The notes beneath the pieces are model-generated. The model saw only the letters and a program-made list of their open reading frames with translations, made no database searches and was not told the DNA's origin. Shown in pieces: positions 31,290-41,206 of a stretch of 64,000 nt of DNA. The stretch's first letter is position 1. Every line of letters begins with the position of its first letter. The stretch lies in assembly GCA_965226885.1 (NCBI GenBank), contig CBDDEL010000015.1, positions 678,830 through 742,829 on the forward strand, in the 5' to 3' direction. The DNA comes from Opitutales bacterium. GTDB taxonomy: Bacteria > Verrucomicrobiota > Verrucomicrobiia > Opitutales > UBA2987. The translations under genes and the position numbers were made by a program.

Positions 31290-34200
31290 TTAAAACCGGT
31301 ATTTGACGCCCATAAGAATGGACCAGCGGGAGGAGAGTTGGGTGGTCTCGCTGACACGATCCTGGTCCAGGAGCGTATCGAGAAAACGATAAACGTAAAT
31401 ACCGTTGGTTTCCCCCGAGCTGTCAGGAAGATGCCGGGCTTCCAGCAGAGGGAAATTTCCGCTGTTGGTCCTTCTGACCAATCCCCAATCGCTGTTGATT
31501 AAATTGCCGATATTGAGGATGGCGGCGGAAAATTCGACCCGGTGCCTCTTCAAAAACGTCACCTCGTGAACAAATTTAAGATCGATTTGGTGTATCCAGG
31601 GATCCCGCCCGGTATTGCGCGGCACCACCTGGCCTTTGAACAAACTCAAACTCCGGTTATTTTCGACAAATTCCCAAAATGCGTCCTTCTCAGATTCCCT
31701 GGTAAAAAGAACCAGGGGGTCGTCCCGGCCATCGGGTATGTAAATAAGATCGTTTGAAAAATTGGAATCCCGATTCATGTCCGTGCGGAAATAGGTATAA
31801 CTGTAGGGCCGGCCGGTGCGCCCGTCATAAACCATTGATATGGTCGTTTTGGAGTTTTTGAGCAGTTTGAATTGATAGGAAACGACGCCGACCAAACGGT
31901 GCCGCACCTCGAAATCGCTGGTCGCAGTGGTATTGTCGTTCGGGTTTTTCGCCTTGTTGTCTCCCCAGATGGAAGAAGCCGAGGAGCCCCTGCCGTCGTT
32001 AACAGATTTGGCGCTCCCATAGGTGTAGCCAAAACTCCAGTAAAAGCCCTCTCGCTTCGGTTTTTCCAATTTTATCGTATAATTGGCCGATTTCCCCAGG
32101 GTCGTATTGGTTAAAAGAAAAACATTGTCGAATCCCTCGATTGCAAACTCTCGCCGGCCGGAAGGATCCTTGTCATATAAATTTCTACCATCGGGCAAGA
32201 AACCTGTCGCCGTGGGGCGGCTGAGGGCAAAATCCTGGGCAAGATTGAGGTGCCGGTAATGGATATCGTTTTTCGTCCAGGACCATTGCGCTTCAAGCGT
32301 CAATTGTATGTTCCACCAGGGCAATTTGCGGTCGATCGCAATATTGGTTTTCCAAGAACTGGGCATCTTGAATTCTTCATCCAGTAAATCCACCGCAAAA
32401 GTCGGCTGCACTGTATTGGGAATGGGGGGATTATCCCCATCGGAAGAAAACTCCGGCGTATCCCGCCGTGTCGGGCTGGAGCCTATGATGGTGACTCCGT
32501 TGCGAACAAGTGGATTGGAAAGCCAGACATGAGGCGCAGTCCCATAGAAGAGCCCTCCGCCGCCCCGCAGTTGGCTTTTACGATCCTCATCAAGCGCCCA
32601 GTTGAAGCCTACCCGAGGCTGTATGACAAAATTTCCATCGACAGTGCCCGTGTGCTCTCGTTCAAACTCTTCCTCGAACTCCACGTTGAGTGGAATTTTA
32701 TCGTCAACGGTGGGAATATCGGCGCGTATTCCGGCTGTAATTTTCAACCTCTCCGTGACATCCCAGGTATCCTTGGCAAATAACGAATAGGTGGTCAGGG
32801 CCCAATCGGCCGAGCCGTCGGAATCGCCCAATGCATACCTGACATTATAATTGGCCGCATTTCCAGCGCCGGGCGGAGGAAAAGTGGCGCCAGGTGGGTG
32901 AGGAGGGTCGTCCGGCCAGGCCACGGCCCTTTCAAACTCGGCCACCGTGTTAAAACGCCATCTTCCGCGACTGTCGCTGATGAACAAATTATGGTTGTCC
33001 ACATTTTCAATATTGATCCCGGCCGTCAGGGTGTGATTGCCCAGAAAATAATCGGCGTGAAACTGGAAAATGGTCGTTTTAACCTCCAGAAAATTGGCAT
33101 GCTCCCCCGATACCCGGCCAAAATTAATTGAGCCGTTATTGCCGTCTGTGCCGTTCACGCTTGAAATCTGCACCTGGGGCGCATCGCTGTTGGGGCTGCT
33201 AGTCCTGACGAACTTGCTGAAAGATATTTTCGCTTCGGTGCTGAGGCGGTCGGACCATTTGCTGAACAACTCCGTCACAAAATTGCTGTTTTCCCGGGTT
33301 CGCGTATACCAGTAGCTACTGAGGGAAGTTGAGGAGGAACCCCCGAAAGATGGAAACTGTGGATCGTCCCCCTCATTCTTGGTATAACGGAATGTCAAAC
33401 GGTGGCTTTCGTTAATATTCCAGTCCAGTTTGACTAAAATCTTGTCATCGGTGGATATTTTATCGTCCCCCGTATCCAGGGTTCCCGCTTCAAAACCATA
33501 CTCCGTAGCCAAAGAGGTAATCTTAGTCAGCTCAGCCTGTGTCGGTTCGAAAAGGCGTATGGGCGGAATCTCCGTCCGTTTAAAACGCTCGAAAGATAGA
33601 AAAAAGAAGAGTTTATCCTTGATGATGGGTCCCCCAAAAGTGAAGCCGATTGTACTCTCATCGAAGCTTTCCAGTTTTTGGAAGGTCCCGTCCGGCCCAT
33701 CGGTTAGGTCGGTAAATTCCAGTCGCTTTCCGGTCAGGCTTTCATTGCGAAAGTAATAATAGAAGCTTCCTTTGAATTCGTTGGTGCCGCTTTTGGTGAT
33801 CGCATTAATGGTGGCCCCGGTAAAACCCGCCTGCAAAACGTCGTAGGGCGAGGTTTCCACGCTGATCTCCGCGATCGTATCGAGGGAAAAAGGCTGCGTG
33901 AGGGATGGCAGACCGTTTTCCTCCAAACCGAAAGTGTCATTGGTCGGCACCCCATCAATCATGATCGAATTGTAGCGATTGTTTTGCCCGCCGGCGGAAA
34001 TGGCGCCCGTCTCCCGGTCAAAGACGGTCACCCGAGGGTCCAGCCGGGCAAAATCGGTGAGGGAGCGCGTGACGGTGGGCAGACTCTGCAAATCCGTGCT
34101 GCTCACATTGGTGGTGGCCCCAAAATTGTCTGCCGAGAAGGTCAGGTTGTATTGGTCGGCAACCACTTCAAATGCTTCCAGGCTGACCACCTCCGCATCG

Positions 34201-34547
34201 CCTAGCCCAAGGGTGAAATCATAACTCTGGTCCTGTCGCAAGGCCAGATAGACCGCGCTGCGGGTTTCCGAACGATAGCCCAGGGCGGATATGACCAGCG
34301 TGTAGGGCCCACCCACCCGCATGCCGCGAAGATTGTAACGGCCGTTGGGCCGGGAGGTGGCATTGAAAGCCGTACCCGTGGGACCGTGCACGGCCCTAAT
34401 AGAAACGTCCTCAATGGCGGCTCCGTCTTGATCCTTAACCGTTCCATTAATCGCCGTCGAGGTGATGTTTTGCCCGTTCAAAAGGCTCCCGCAAAACAGG
34501 AACTGCAATACCGCGAACAAAAATGCGACTCTTGACCAAAAATTCAT
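31290..34547 (-). CDS. TonB-dependent outer-membrane transporter (Oar-like, N-terminal carboxypeptidase-regulatory-like domain)
   Basis: Signal peptide, GGPYTL, GGQNNRYNSIMIDG, INAITKSGTNEFKGS, QPRVGFNW and C-terminal GVKYRF. Confidence 0.93.
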   Translation of the reverse strand: MNFWSRVAFLFAVLQFLFCGSLLNGQNITSTAINGTVKDQDGAAIEDVSIRAVHGPTGTAFNATSRPNGRYNLRGMRVGGPYTLVISALGYRSETRSAVYLALRQDQSYDFTLGLGDAEVVSLEAFEVVADQYNLTFSADNFGATTNVSSTDLQSLPTVTRSLTDFARLDPRVTVFDRETGAISAGGQNNRYNSIMIDGVPTNDTFGLEENGLPSLTQPFSLDTIAEISVETSPYDVLQAGFTGATINAITKSGTNEFKGSFYYYFRNESLTGKRLEFTDLTDGPDGTFQKLESFDESTIGFTFGGPIIKDKLFFFLSFERFKRTEIPPIRLFEPTQAELTKITSLATEYGFEAGTLDTGDDKISTDDKILVKLDWNINESHRLTFRYTKNEGDDPQFPSFGGSSSTSLSSYWYTRTRENSNFVTELFSKWSDRLSTEAKISFSKFVRTSSPNSDAPQVQISSVNGTDGNNGSINFGRVSGEHANFLEVKTTIFQFHADYFLGNHTLTAGINIENVDNHNLFISDSRGRWRFNTVAEFERAVAWPDDPPHPPGATFPPPGAGNAANYNVRYALGDSDGSADWALTTYSLFAKDTWDVTERLKITAGIRADIPTVDDKIPLNVEFEEEFEREHTGTVDGNFVIQPRVGFNWALDEDRKSQLRGGGGLFYGTAPHVWLSNPLVRNGVTIIGSSPTRRDTPEFSSDGDNPPIPNTVQPTFAVDLLDEEFKMPSSWKTNIAIDRKLPWWNIQLTLEAQWSWTKNDIHYRHLNLAQDFALSRPTATGFLPDGRNLYDKDPSGRREFAIEGFDNVFLLTNTTLGKSANYTIKLEKPKREGFYWSFGYTYGSAKSVNDGRGSSASSIWGDNKAKNPNDNTTATSDFEVRHRLVGVVSYQFKLLKNSKTTISMVYDGRTGRPYSYTYFRTDMNRDSNFSNDLIYIPDGRDDPLVLFTRESEKDAFWEFVENNRSLSLFKGQVVPRNTGRDPWIHQIDLKFVHEVTFLKRHRVEFSAAILNIGNLINSDWGLVRRTNSGNFPLLEARHLPDSSGETNGIYVYRFLDTLLDQDRVSETTQLSSRWSILMGVKYRF

Positions 34548-34621
34548 GAATAACCTCTATCTATTTATTCTAAAAAGGTTGATGAAACCAATAAAAAGTT
34601 CCCTATGAGTGAGTGGTATCC

Positions 34622-34650
34622 AAGATAAGATTGCTACTGTGGTTAGTCAA
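34622..34650 (-). promoter_or_regulatory. Putative sigma70-type promoter of the TonB-dependent transporter
   Basis: On the minus strand TTGACT-17 bp-TATCTT, about 75 bp upstream of the ATG. Confidence 0.55.
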
Positions 34651-34699
34651 CACCATTGCCGCATTGCAGCCAAAGCATCTTTCATCGATTCGCTTTTGA

Positions 34700-34736
34700 G
34701 AATAAAGCAGGGGCCGGAATTTTGTGTCCGGCCCCC
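34700..34736 (-). terminator. Putative intrinsic terminator after the 616-aa gene
   Basis: Stem GGGGCCGGA/TCCGGCCCC with a weak U-rich tail on the minus strand. Confidence 0.55.
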
Positions 34737-34784
34737 ACTTAATCGACAAATATTATAAACTTCAAATTTTCGCTGCCGTAATAA

Positions 34785-36635
34785 TTATTGCCCGAGCGTA
34801 ACTTCGAATATGCTGAAATCGTCACCCCGTTGAAAAAAGCGCCGGTAGGGACTCGCAGTGTTGTCATCGAAGGTAAAAATCCAGCCCGGAGTATCGCTGA
34901 AGAGATACTGCCAGCGATAGGTGCTTTCAGTCAGGAATATCCAATTCTCCAGTCCGAGATCGAATAGAAAAATCCCATTCGTAGTGCTGCCATCGAAAAC
35001 GAACTGCCAACTATGCTCATCATGGAAAATCCAGGGCCAGAATTCCACATTGTAGTTGAGGTACCAGGACGAAGCTCTCCAGTCGGGAAAACCGTCGATA
35101 GGCTCTCCTCCAAAAACATCGAGCGCCCCGCCTTCGACCGTCACCGTGGCAGTATCGCTGTCCACGCTTGCGCTACCATCGCTCACGCGAACCCAATAAC
35201 TGGTCGTTTCAGACAGAGCCGGTGTGTTGAAATCTTCGCTGGGACCGACAGCCTGCGCGTTGGCTATGACCAGGACCTCCCCGTCCTCAAGGGTCGGTTG
35301 AATTTCACTTAAGGTAATGGGATTCCCGGGATCGGTTGCTCCATTAAAATAAAGTTCCACCACATACTGGCTAAGGTCCACATCGGCTCCGGTTCCGTTA
35401 TAAATTTCGAAAGCCTTGTTGTTGCTGCTTCCTTCGATGTATTCGGAAAAGAAAAGATCGGTGGCAGCCGCATCGGCCGTGTGCATCCCAAGGTCGTCAA
35501 TGGTATCTTGTGGGAAACCGGTCCATTCTCCTGTTAAATCGGTTTCATTGCCCACAAACCCGTCGGCATTTCCCTGGGTTACGCTTGATTTTCTCACTAG
35601 GGTATGTTCACCGGTAGTGGCGTCTCCACTGCCCCAAAAGCCTGCCGTTGGATCAACTCCTATCACTCCGATCACATCGATAAGTACTCCATTTTTACGA
35701 AGGCCAAGCGCGTCATCTCCATTATAGAAAGTTACATTGTGGGTGATATCAGCCTCACCTAGAATAGACAAGCCGGCAACGGGAGTGCTTGTGTCGCCGC
35801 TTTGACCCTGGAACCACTCATAAACCAAGGTACCGGGGCCTTCCGCATTGACAGTTAATTGAGTCGATTCCCCTCCGCTGATGGTTACACTCTGCGGCTG
35901 ATCTTTGATGATGAGCTCGGTCGGAATGACGTCTCCTTCCGGATTTTCAGCCCCCGGTGTGTCATCAGAGAATTCTCCTGTGACATCAAAAGAACCGATT
36001 ACCCATGAATTATCTACAATACTGCGAAATACATGGCCCGCAGTAAATGTCCCGTTTGGAGGAACGTCCGTCCCACCAAAGGCCGCGCCATAGGGAGGTT
36101 CATCACCATTCGGTTCCGTTACTGCAACAGCATCGATCACCTCGGTCCACGGAAGGGGATCCACATCGACGACACCATCGTTGTTCAGGTCAATGGTAAC
36201 TCCCAAATCACCTTCCTGCTCCGCCTGGACTTCCACTCTCGGCCCGGTGTAACCCCGAACGATCATGTGGGTGGTGCTATCGTTGTTTTCAAAAATCAGG
36301 TCGAAAAATTGGTTCGTTGGAGTAGCGTTAAGCGTAAAACCAAACTCCGTGCCAAGGAAAAAGCCGCTGGAAGGTATGCTTAACCCATCCAGACTAGTGG
36401 CGAACTCAATGGTTCCGCTGCCTTTGGTCGGAAGGTTGGGAGCTTGGCCGGAGTGGTCGCCGAGAACTACGTACCATACCCCATCGAGCGATTCACCGGG
36501 AGACCCAGTAATCTCGAAATATTCGTCTATATCGGACCCCGGCATATCGATGTGTATTTCGTTGAGTTGTAATTTGGAGTAGGCGAACGTGGCTGTAAAA
36601 AGAACCGCAAACAGGGTCGATAATAGTTTTTTCAT
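34785..36635 (-). CDS. Secreted protein: LTD-like N-terminal domain, Ig domain with inserted permuted LTD, aromatic C-terminal domain
   Basis: Signal peptide MKKLLSTLF...AYS; LNEIHID...EYFEI...TPGAEN; QPQSVTI...YEWFQG...TTSYWVRVS; DLFFSEYIEGSSNNKAFEIYNGTG. Confidence 0.88.
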   Translation of the reverse strand: MKKLLSTLFAVLFTATFAYSKLQLNEIHIDMPGSDIDEYFEITGSPGESLDGVWYVVLGDHSGQAPNLPTKGSGTIEFATSLDGLSIPSSGFFLGTEFGFTLNATPTNQFFDLIFENNDSTTHMIVRGYTGPRVEVQAEQEGDLGVTIDLNNDGVVDVDPLPWTEVIDAVAVTEPNGDEPPYGAAFGGTDVPPNGTFTAGHVFRSIVDNSWVIGSFDVTGEFSDDTPGAENPEGDVIPTELIIKDQPQSVTISGGESTQLTVNAEGPGTLVYEWFQGQSGDTSTPVAGLSILGEADITHNVTFYNGDDALGLRKNGVLIDVIGVIGVDPTAGFWGSGDATTGEHTLVRKSSVTQGNADGFVGNETDLTGEWTGFPQDTIDDLGMHTADAAATDLFFSEYIEGSSNNKAFEIYNGTGADVDLSQYVVELYFNGATDPGNPITLSEIQPTLEDGEVLVIANAQAVGPSEDFNTPALSETTSYWVRVSDGSASVDSDTATVTVEGGALDVFGGEPIDGFPDWRASSWYLNYNVEFWPWIFHDEHSWQFVFDGSTTNGIFLFDLGLENWIFLTESTYRWQYLFSDTPGWIFTFDDNTASPYRRFFQRGDDFSIFEVTLGQ

Positions 36636-36863
36636 AAGTGGAATCTCTACGGGTTAGGTTATAGTAATAATTTGTTAATCAGTATGCCGCGAATAAGATA
36701 AGGAACCACTCCATTTGAAATTCTCAGAAAATTCAAATAGAGTGGACCGTCTTTACTCGGATTCAGGTATGCTCCCTAAAAAAAGACACTTCTTTTAAAT
36801 TAGTCAACACGATAAGAGTGAAGGTTTTCTAAAGTTTTTCCACAATTTTCTAAAAACATCCAT

Positions 36864-36904
36864 AAAAAAAGAGAAGGGCCGGAATTTTTCATCCGGCCCC
36901 TCTC
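36864..36904 (-). terminator. Intrinsic terminator after the 1223-aa gene
   Basis: Hairpin GAGAaGGGCCGGA...TCCGGCCCcTCTC flanked by A7 (U-tract on the minus strand). Confidence 0.75.
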
Positions 36905-36966
36905 GATTAAAGGTTAATTAAAAGTTGGTTTCTCTGCGCATCGCAGCGGCCCCTTACTTAATTCGT

Positions 36967-39900
36967 TTACGGTATGCTTATCGGTATGCTTATGATCTCA
37001 CCTTCGGGGTTCTCGAAGAACCTCAGCGCAGGCGTATTCCCCGCGAACGAGAAGTAGTAGCCTTCCGGCAGGAACGGCGACCGGCTGAAGATATACATGA
37101 ACCTCCAGCTTTCTTCGTTCAGGAATGCCCACTTGCCAATGCCAAGGTCCCACACGAAGATTTTCTCTTCCAGGCTGGCGCTGGAGACAAACTGCCATCC
37201 AGATTCATCGTGGTAAATCCACGGCCAGAAGCCCGCAAAGTAGTTCTTATACCAAGGGGAGGCCTTCCAGCCCGGGAACCCTTCGATATCCACTCCTAAG
37301 AACACATCCATCACCGTCACCGTCACCGTGTCGCTGTCCACCGTGATGTCACCGTTGCTTATCTGCACCCAGTAGCTGGTCGTCTCGCCCAATGCTCCGG
37401 TGTTATACTCGGCGTCACCCTCTCCAATAGTAGTCTTCTTCAATACCAGGGCGTCATCGCCATTGATGAAGGTGGTTTCATGCAGGTCGTCCACCAAATT
37501 GTCTCGCGCAGCCAGGATGGTCGCGTCGGCTGAATCGTTCCCGATAACCAGAACCTCTCCATCGGCCAGTTCGTCCGCAATGTCAATCAGGGGCAGGCTG
37601 TTGGTCGGGTCCGTCGCTCCGTTGTTGAAGCTTTCCACAGAATAGCCGGCCAAGTCCACCGCAGCTCCTGTGCCGTTGTAGATTTCGTAGGCCTTGTTGT
37701 TGCTGCTGCCTTCAATGTATTCAGAGAAGAACAGATCGGTGGCAGCCGCATCGGCCGTGTGCGTCCCCAAGTCGTCAAAGGTATCCTGCGCAAAACCATC
37801 CCATTCATCGGTCAGGTCATCCTCGTTGCCGACAAAGCCGTCCGCATCCCCTTGGGTCACACTCGACTTGCGCACCAGGGTATGCTCACCTGTGGTGGCA
37901 TCGCCACTGCCCCATTCACTGCCTGGATCGACTCCAACCACTCCGATTATGTCGAGGATCTCTACCAAGGCATCAAAGGCATCATCCACCGGGGTGGTGG
38001 TGTCGCCGCTTTCGCCTTGAAACCACTGGTAGGTAATGTCGTCGCCGGTGACATCGGTTGTCACCGTCAAAGTGGCCATTTGCCCGACGGTGATGGTGGC
38101 ATCCATAGGCTGCTCGGTAATATTGATGGGATCGAAAATGTCGATGTTCACCGTGGCTACATCCGTCGTCTCTCCGTCACTTATTTCGTATCGGAAACTA
38201 TCCGTGGTGGACGCGCCGCCGTCATGGGTGTAGGTAAAGTAACCATCCGCCCCCAATACCAGGGTCCCGTTGGCTACATCGCTCACCGGTGTGGTATTTA
38301 CGGCAAGTACGGCGTCAATATCCGCGTCTGTGTCGTTGGCCAGGACATTGGGCGAAGATACTGTGCCACCCGTCGTCAGCTTGACAATGTCATAGTTGGC
38401 CACCGGGTCGTTGTCATTTACAAGCGTTACCCAAATATCGACTGTTGCTGTGGTTGTGATTCCGGCATTGTCATCCAATACATAGACGAAACTGTCCGTG
38501 ACGTTCTCGGTGCCGTCGTTAGCATAGACAAATGTGCCGTTGGCATTCAAAGTCAGTGTTCCATGGCCGGGACCACTAAACACGCTCGCTTCCAAATTGT
38601 CGCCGGGCAGGTCCTGATCGGTATCGTTGGCCAGCACGCTGGTGACTCCAGCGTCTAAATTATCGGCCGTACCGCCTTCGGTCACTGTCATGTGATCGTC
38701 GTTGCCCACGGGCGCTGTATTGACCGGATTTATGGTGATCGAAACCGTCGCGGTGTCTACGACATCCACTTGCCCCCTGATCTCACCGGCTGCGTTTGCC
38801 GCCGTGTGGACATTCAAGTACCAAAGACCGGCCTGCAGGGTAGCGGCCTGGGAGCCGGTAAGCGTCGCACTTCCCACTGCGGGGCTTTCAATCAGGCCGA
38901 TGAACAAATCTATCCTGGCCGCTTCTCCCGACGCTGCCGGCCCGTGAAAATGCATGCCTGTGGCCGCTCCCGTTAACCCATCGTAGGTAATCGTCCAATT
39001 AAACAGGTTGGTTTCGGGATCGAAAGTAGCTATTCCGGTGCCAGATGGGGTAGCGCCATCCAAGTCGAGATCGTTTACGACCTGATCAACGTCTATAGAG
39101 AATTCAAAAGCCGTGCCCGCCACGAAATCTACTAGCCCATCGTCGCTGATCGTGTAATCAAAGCTGTCGGCAGTAGTCTCGGAGCCGTCGTGGGTGTAGG
39201 TGAAATCACCATTGCCAGCAAGAGTCACCGTGCCGTTGGTGGTATCGAAAGTTCCCGGATTGGTCACCGTGAGGTCATCGCCTTCTGCGTCGGTATCATT
39301 ATCCAAGACGCTGCTGGCTCCACCAATCAATATCGAGGTCGTGCCTCCCTCGTCCACCACGGCGGCGTCAGGCTTGGCTACCGGAGCATCATTGTTCTTC
39401 ACTATCGCGATGGTGACCGTAGCCGCTCTCACATCGGTGCCGTCGGTCACACTGTAAACAAAGAAGTCCGAGGTGGTTTCGCTGCCATCGTGGGTATAGG
39501 TGAATTCACCGTTGGCCAGAAGTTCTACAGTGCCGTTGTCGGTCGCGTTGACCCCAGTGTTGACAACCGAAAGCGGTGAATTATCGAGCAGATCGGTATC
39601 GTTGTCCAGCACACTGTCGGCACCGCCATCCAATACCGAGGTGCTGAGGCCTTCTATAGCCACGGCGCTGTCCGGATTAGCCACCACCGGCGAATCGCTC
39701 ACCAGAGTGATCGTGATATCTAACCTCCCGTTGCGGACCGCCAACCCATCCCCGACGGCGTAATCGAAAAAGTCCGAAGTTGTCTCGCTGCCGTCATGGG
39801 TATAAGTGTATTCACCAATGGCATTGATCTGTATGCTTCCATTTTCTGTGGCGATGGAATTGGGCGTAGTTGCCGTCGTCAAAACTTCCAAATCATCGGG

Positions 39901-40638
39901 GCCATCCGGATCGGTATCGTTCGCCAACAAGGTAGGATTAGTTACAGATACTGTGCCTCCCTCGTCCACAGTTACGGTGTCATCCCCGGGATCGGGCAGG
40001 TCGTTGACCGGGAGGATGGTGATAAATACTGTTCCCCCATCGTTGGCCACGCCATCGCTTACTAAATAAGAAAATTCATCCGTCGTGGTCTCGCTGCCAT
40101 CATGGGTATAAGTAAAAAAGCCGCCTGCGGCCAGGGTTAATGTGCCGTTGTCGGTTGTAATGTTAATAGTCGCCTCCAGCACGTCGCCCGGTAGATCGGC
40201 ATCGGTGTCATTGGCCAGAACATCCACCTTATTGATAGTGCCGCCCTCGTCCACGGTGGCGTAGTCGTTCACCGCCACCGGCGCATTGTCATTGTCCGGT
40301 GCAATGTCGATGGTTACCGTGGCAATGGCCGTGGCTCCGTCTCCATCGGCAACTTCATAAACGAAGCTGTCCGTGCGATGTTCGTCACCGTCATGGGTGT
40401 AATCGAAGGTGCCGTCGCCGTTGAGGGTGAAAGCGCTGGCATGGCTCGGCCCGCTAACCACAGCAGCGCTGTCAGTAGTATCGGTGTCGTTGGCCAACAC
40501 GCTGGTGGCCCCGTCGTCAAGGACTGATATGGTGCCGCCCTCGCCCACGGTGGCTGCATCGTCGTTGGCTACAGGATCAGCGAATGCGAATGAAACCGAG
40601 AAAAGTAGAGTCCACAGTGTGGGAAGGAGTTTTTTCAT
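36967..40638 (-). CDS. Large secreted adhesin-like protein: about seven cadherin-like/Ig repeats, inserted CHRD domain, Ig with permuted LTD, aromatic C-terminal domain
   Basis: Repeats PVAxxD...EGG...VLxNDTD...G(F/E)FTYTHDGSETTxDxFxY; CHRD motifs MHFHGPA and YLNVHT...GEIRGQ; signal peptide. Confidence 0.9.
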   Translation of the reverse strand: MKKLLPTLWTLLFSVSFAFADPVANDDAATVGEGGTISVLDDGATSVLANDTDTTDSAAVVSGPSHASAFTLNGDGTFDYTHDGDEHRTDSFVYEVADGDGATAIATVTIDIAPDNDNAPVAVNDYATVDEGGTINKVDVLANDTDADLPGDVLEATINITTDNGTLTLAAGGFFTYTHDGSETTTDEFSYLVSDGVANDGGTVFITILPVNDLPDPGDDTVTVDEGGTVSVTNPTLLANDTDPDGPDDLEVLTTATTPNSIATENGSIQINAIGEYTYTHDGSETTSDFFDYAVGDGLAVRNGRLDITITLVSDSPVVANPDSAVAIEGLSTSVLDGGADSVLDNDTDLLDNSPLSVVNTGVNATDNGTVELLANGEFTYTHDGSETTSDFFVYSVTDGTDVRAATVTIAIVKNNDAPVAKPDAAVVDEGGTTSILIGGASSVLDNDTDAEGDDLTVTNPGTFDTTNGTVTLAGNGDFTYTHDGSETTADSFDYTISDDGLVDFVAGTAFEFSIDVDQVVNDLDLDGATPSGTGIATFDPETNLFNWTITYDGLTGAATGMHFHGPAASGEAARIDLFIGLIESPAVGSATLTGSQAATLQAGLWYLNVHTAANAAGEIRGQVDVVDTATVSITINPVNTAPVGNDDHMTVTEGGTADNLDAGVTSVLANDTDQDLPGDNLEASVFSGPGHGTLTLNANGTFVYANDGTENVTDSFVYVLDDNAGITTTATVDIWVTLVNDNDPVANYDIVKLTTGGTVSSPNVLANDTDADIDAVLAVNTTPVSDVANGTLVLGADGYFTYTHDGGASTTDSFRYEISDGETTDVATVNIDIFDPINITEQPMDATITVGQMATLTVTTDVTGDDITYQWFQGESGDTTTPVDDAFDALVEILDIIGVVGVDPGSEWGSGDATTGEHTLVRKSSVTQGDADGFVGNEDDLTDEWDGFAQDTFDDLGTHTADAAATDLFFSEYIEGSSNNKAYEIYNGTGAAVDLAGYSVESFNNGATDPTNSLPLIDIADELADGEVLVIGNDSADATILAARDNLVDDLHETTFINGDDALVLKKTTIGEGDAEYNTGALGETTSYWVQISNGDITVDSDTVTVTVMDVFLGVDIEGFPGWKASPWYKNYFAGFWPWIYHDESGWQFVSSASLEEKIFVWDLGIGKWAFLNEESWRFMYIFSRSPFLPEGYYFSFAGNTPALRFFENPEGEIISIPISIP

Positions 40639-40650
40639 AATTATAGAATG

Positions 40651-41189
40651 GCTTTGGATTATATAGTGCTTTGGATTATATAGTTTTCGGTTTTGCAGAA
40701 TGATGAAATCCTAACATCCGGGTATAAGATTTCATAAAATTTTGTGTAATAGCTTCATGCCTGCCCATCTGCCCATCCGAATATTTCGGTTGGTAATTTT
40801 CTGTATGTTGGTAGCTTGTCAGGGCTTTGTAAACTATTTTTTTACTTTATTTTTAACAAACACTATCACTATGCTATGTGCTATGCTATGGCAAAAGCAA
40901 AAGCAAAAGCAAAAGGCAAAAGCAAAAGCAAAATGGCAAAATACGTTCTATTACCACCACCACCACCACCACCGCAAAAAGCCTCTTTTTTGCATTGCCT
41001 AAAAGGTCTGCGGGTTATTTTGCGTTATTTGTCCATCCGCCCCACTAATATATTGAGCCCTAATTATTGAGCCCTAATCTCATTATTGCAAATGTTGGAT
41101 GGAGATGTGTTGGATGGAGATGTGTTGGATGGAGATGTTGGATGGAGATGTATGTTTTTAACAATTAAGATGTATGTTTTTAACAATTA
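40651..41189. repeat. Cluster of short tandem repeats in a divergent intergenic region
   Basis: 17-mer x2 (40651), GCAAAA run (40891-40940), CCA x7, 14-mer x2 (41051), TGTTGGATGGAGATG x~4, 22-mer x2 (41146). Confidence 0.9.
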
Positions 41190-41206
41190 ATAAGAGATAA
41201 ACCAAC

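Noticed and set aside
40742..41070. ORFs with QKQK/AKAK and poly-His/Pro tracts
   Set aside because: They are translations of simple repeats in an intergenic region.
40651..41189. Possible CRISPR array
   Set aside because: The repeats are head-to-tail with no unique spacers, and there are no cas genes in the window.
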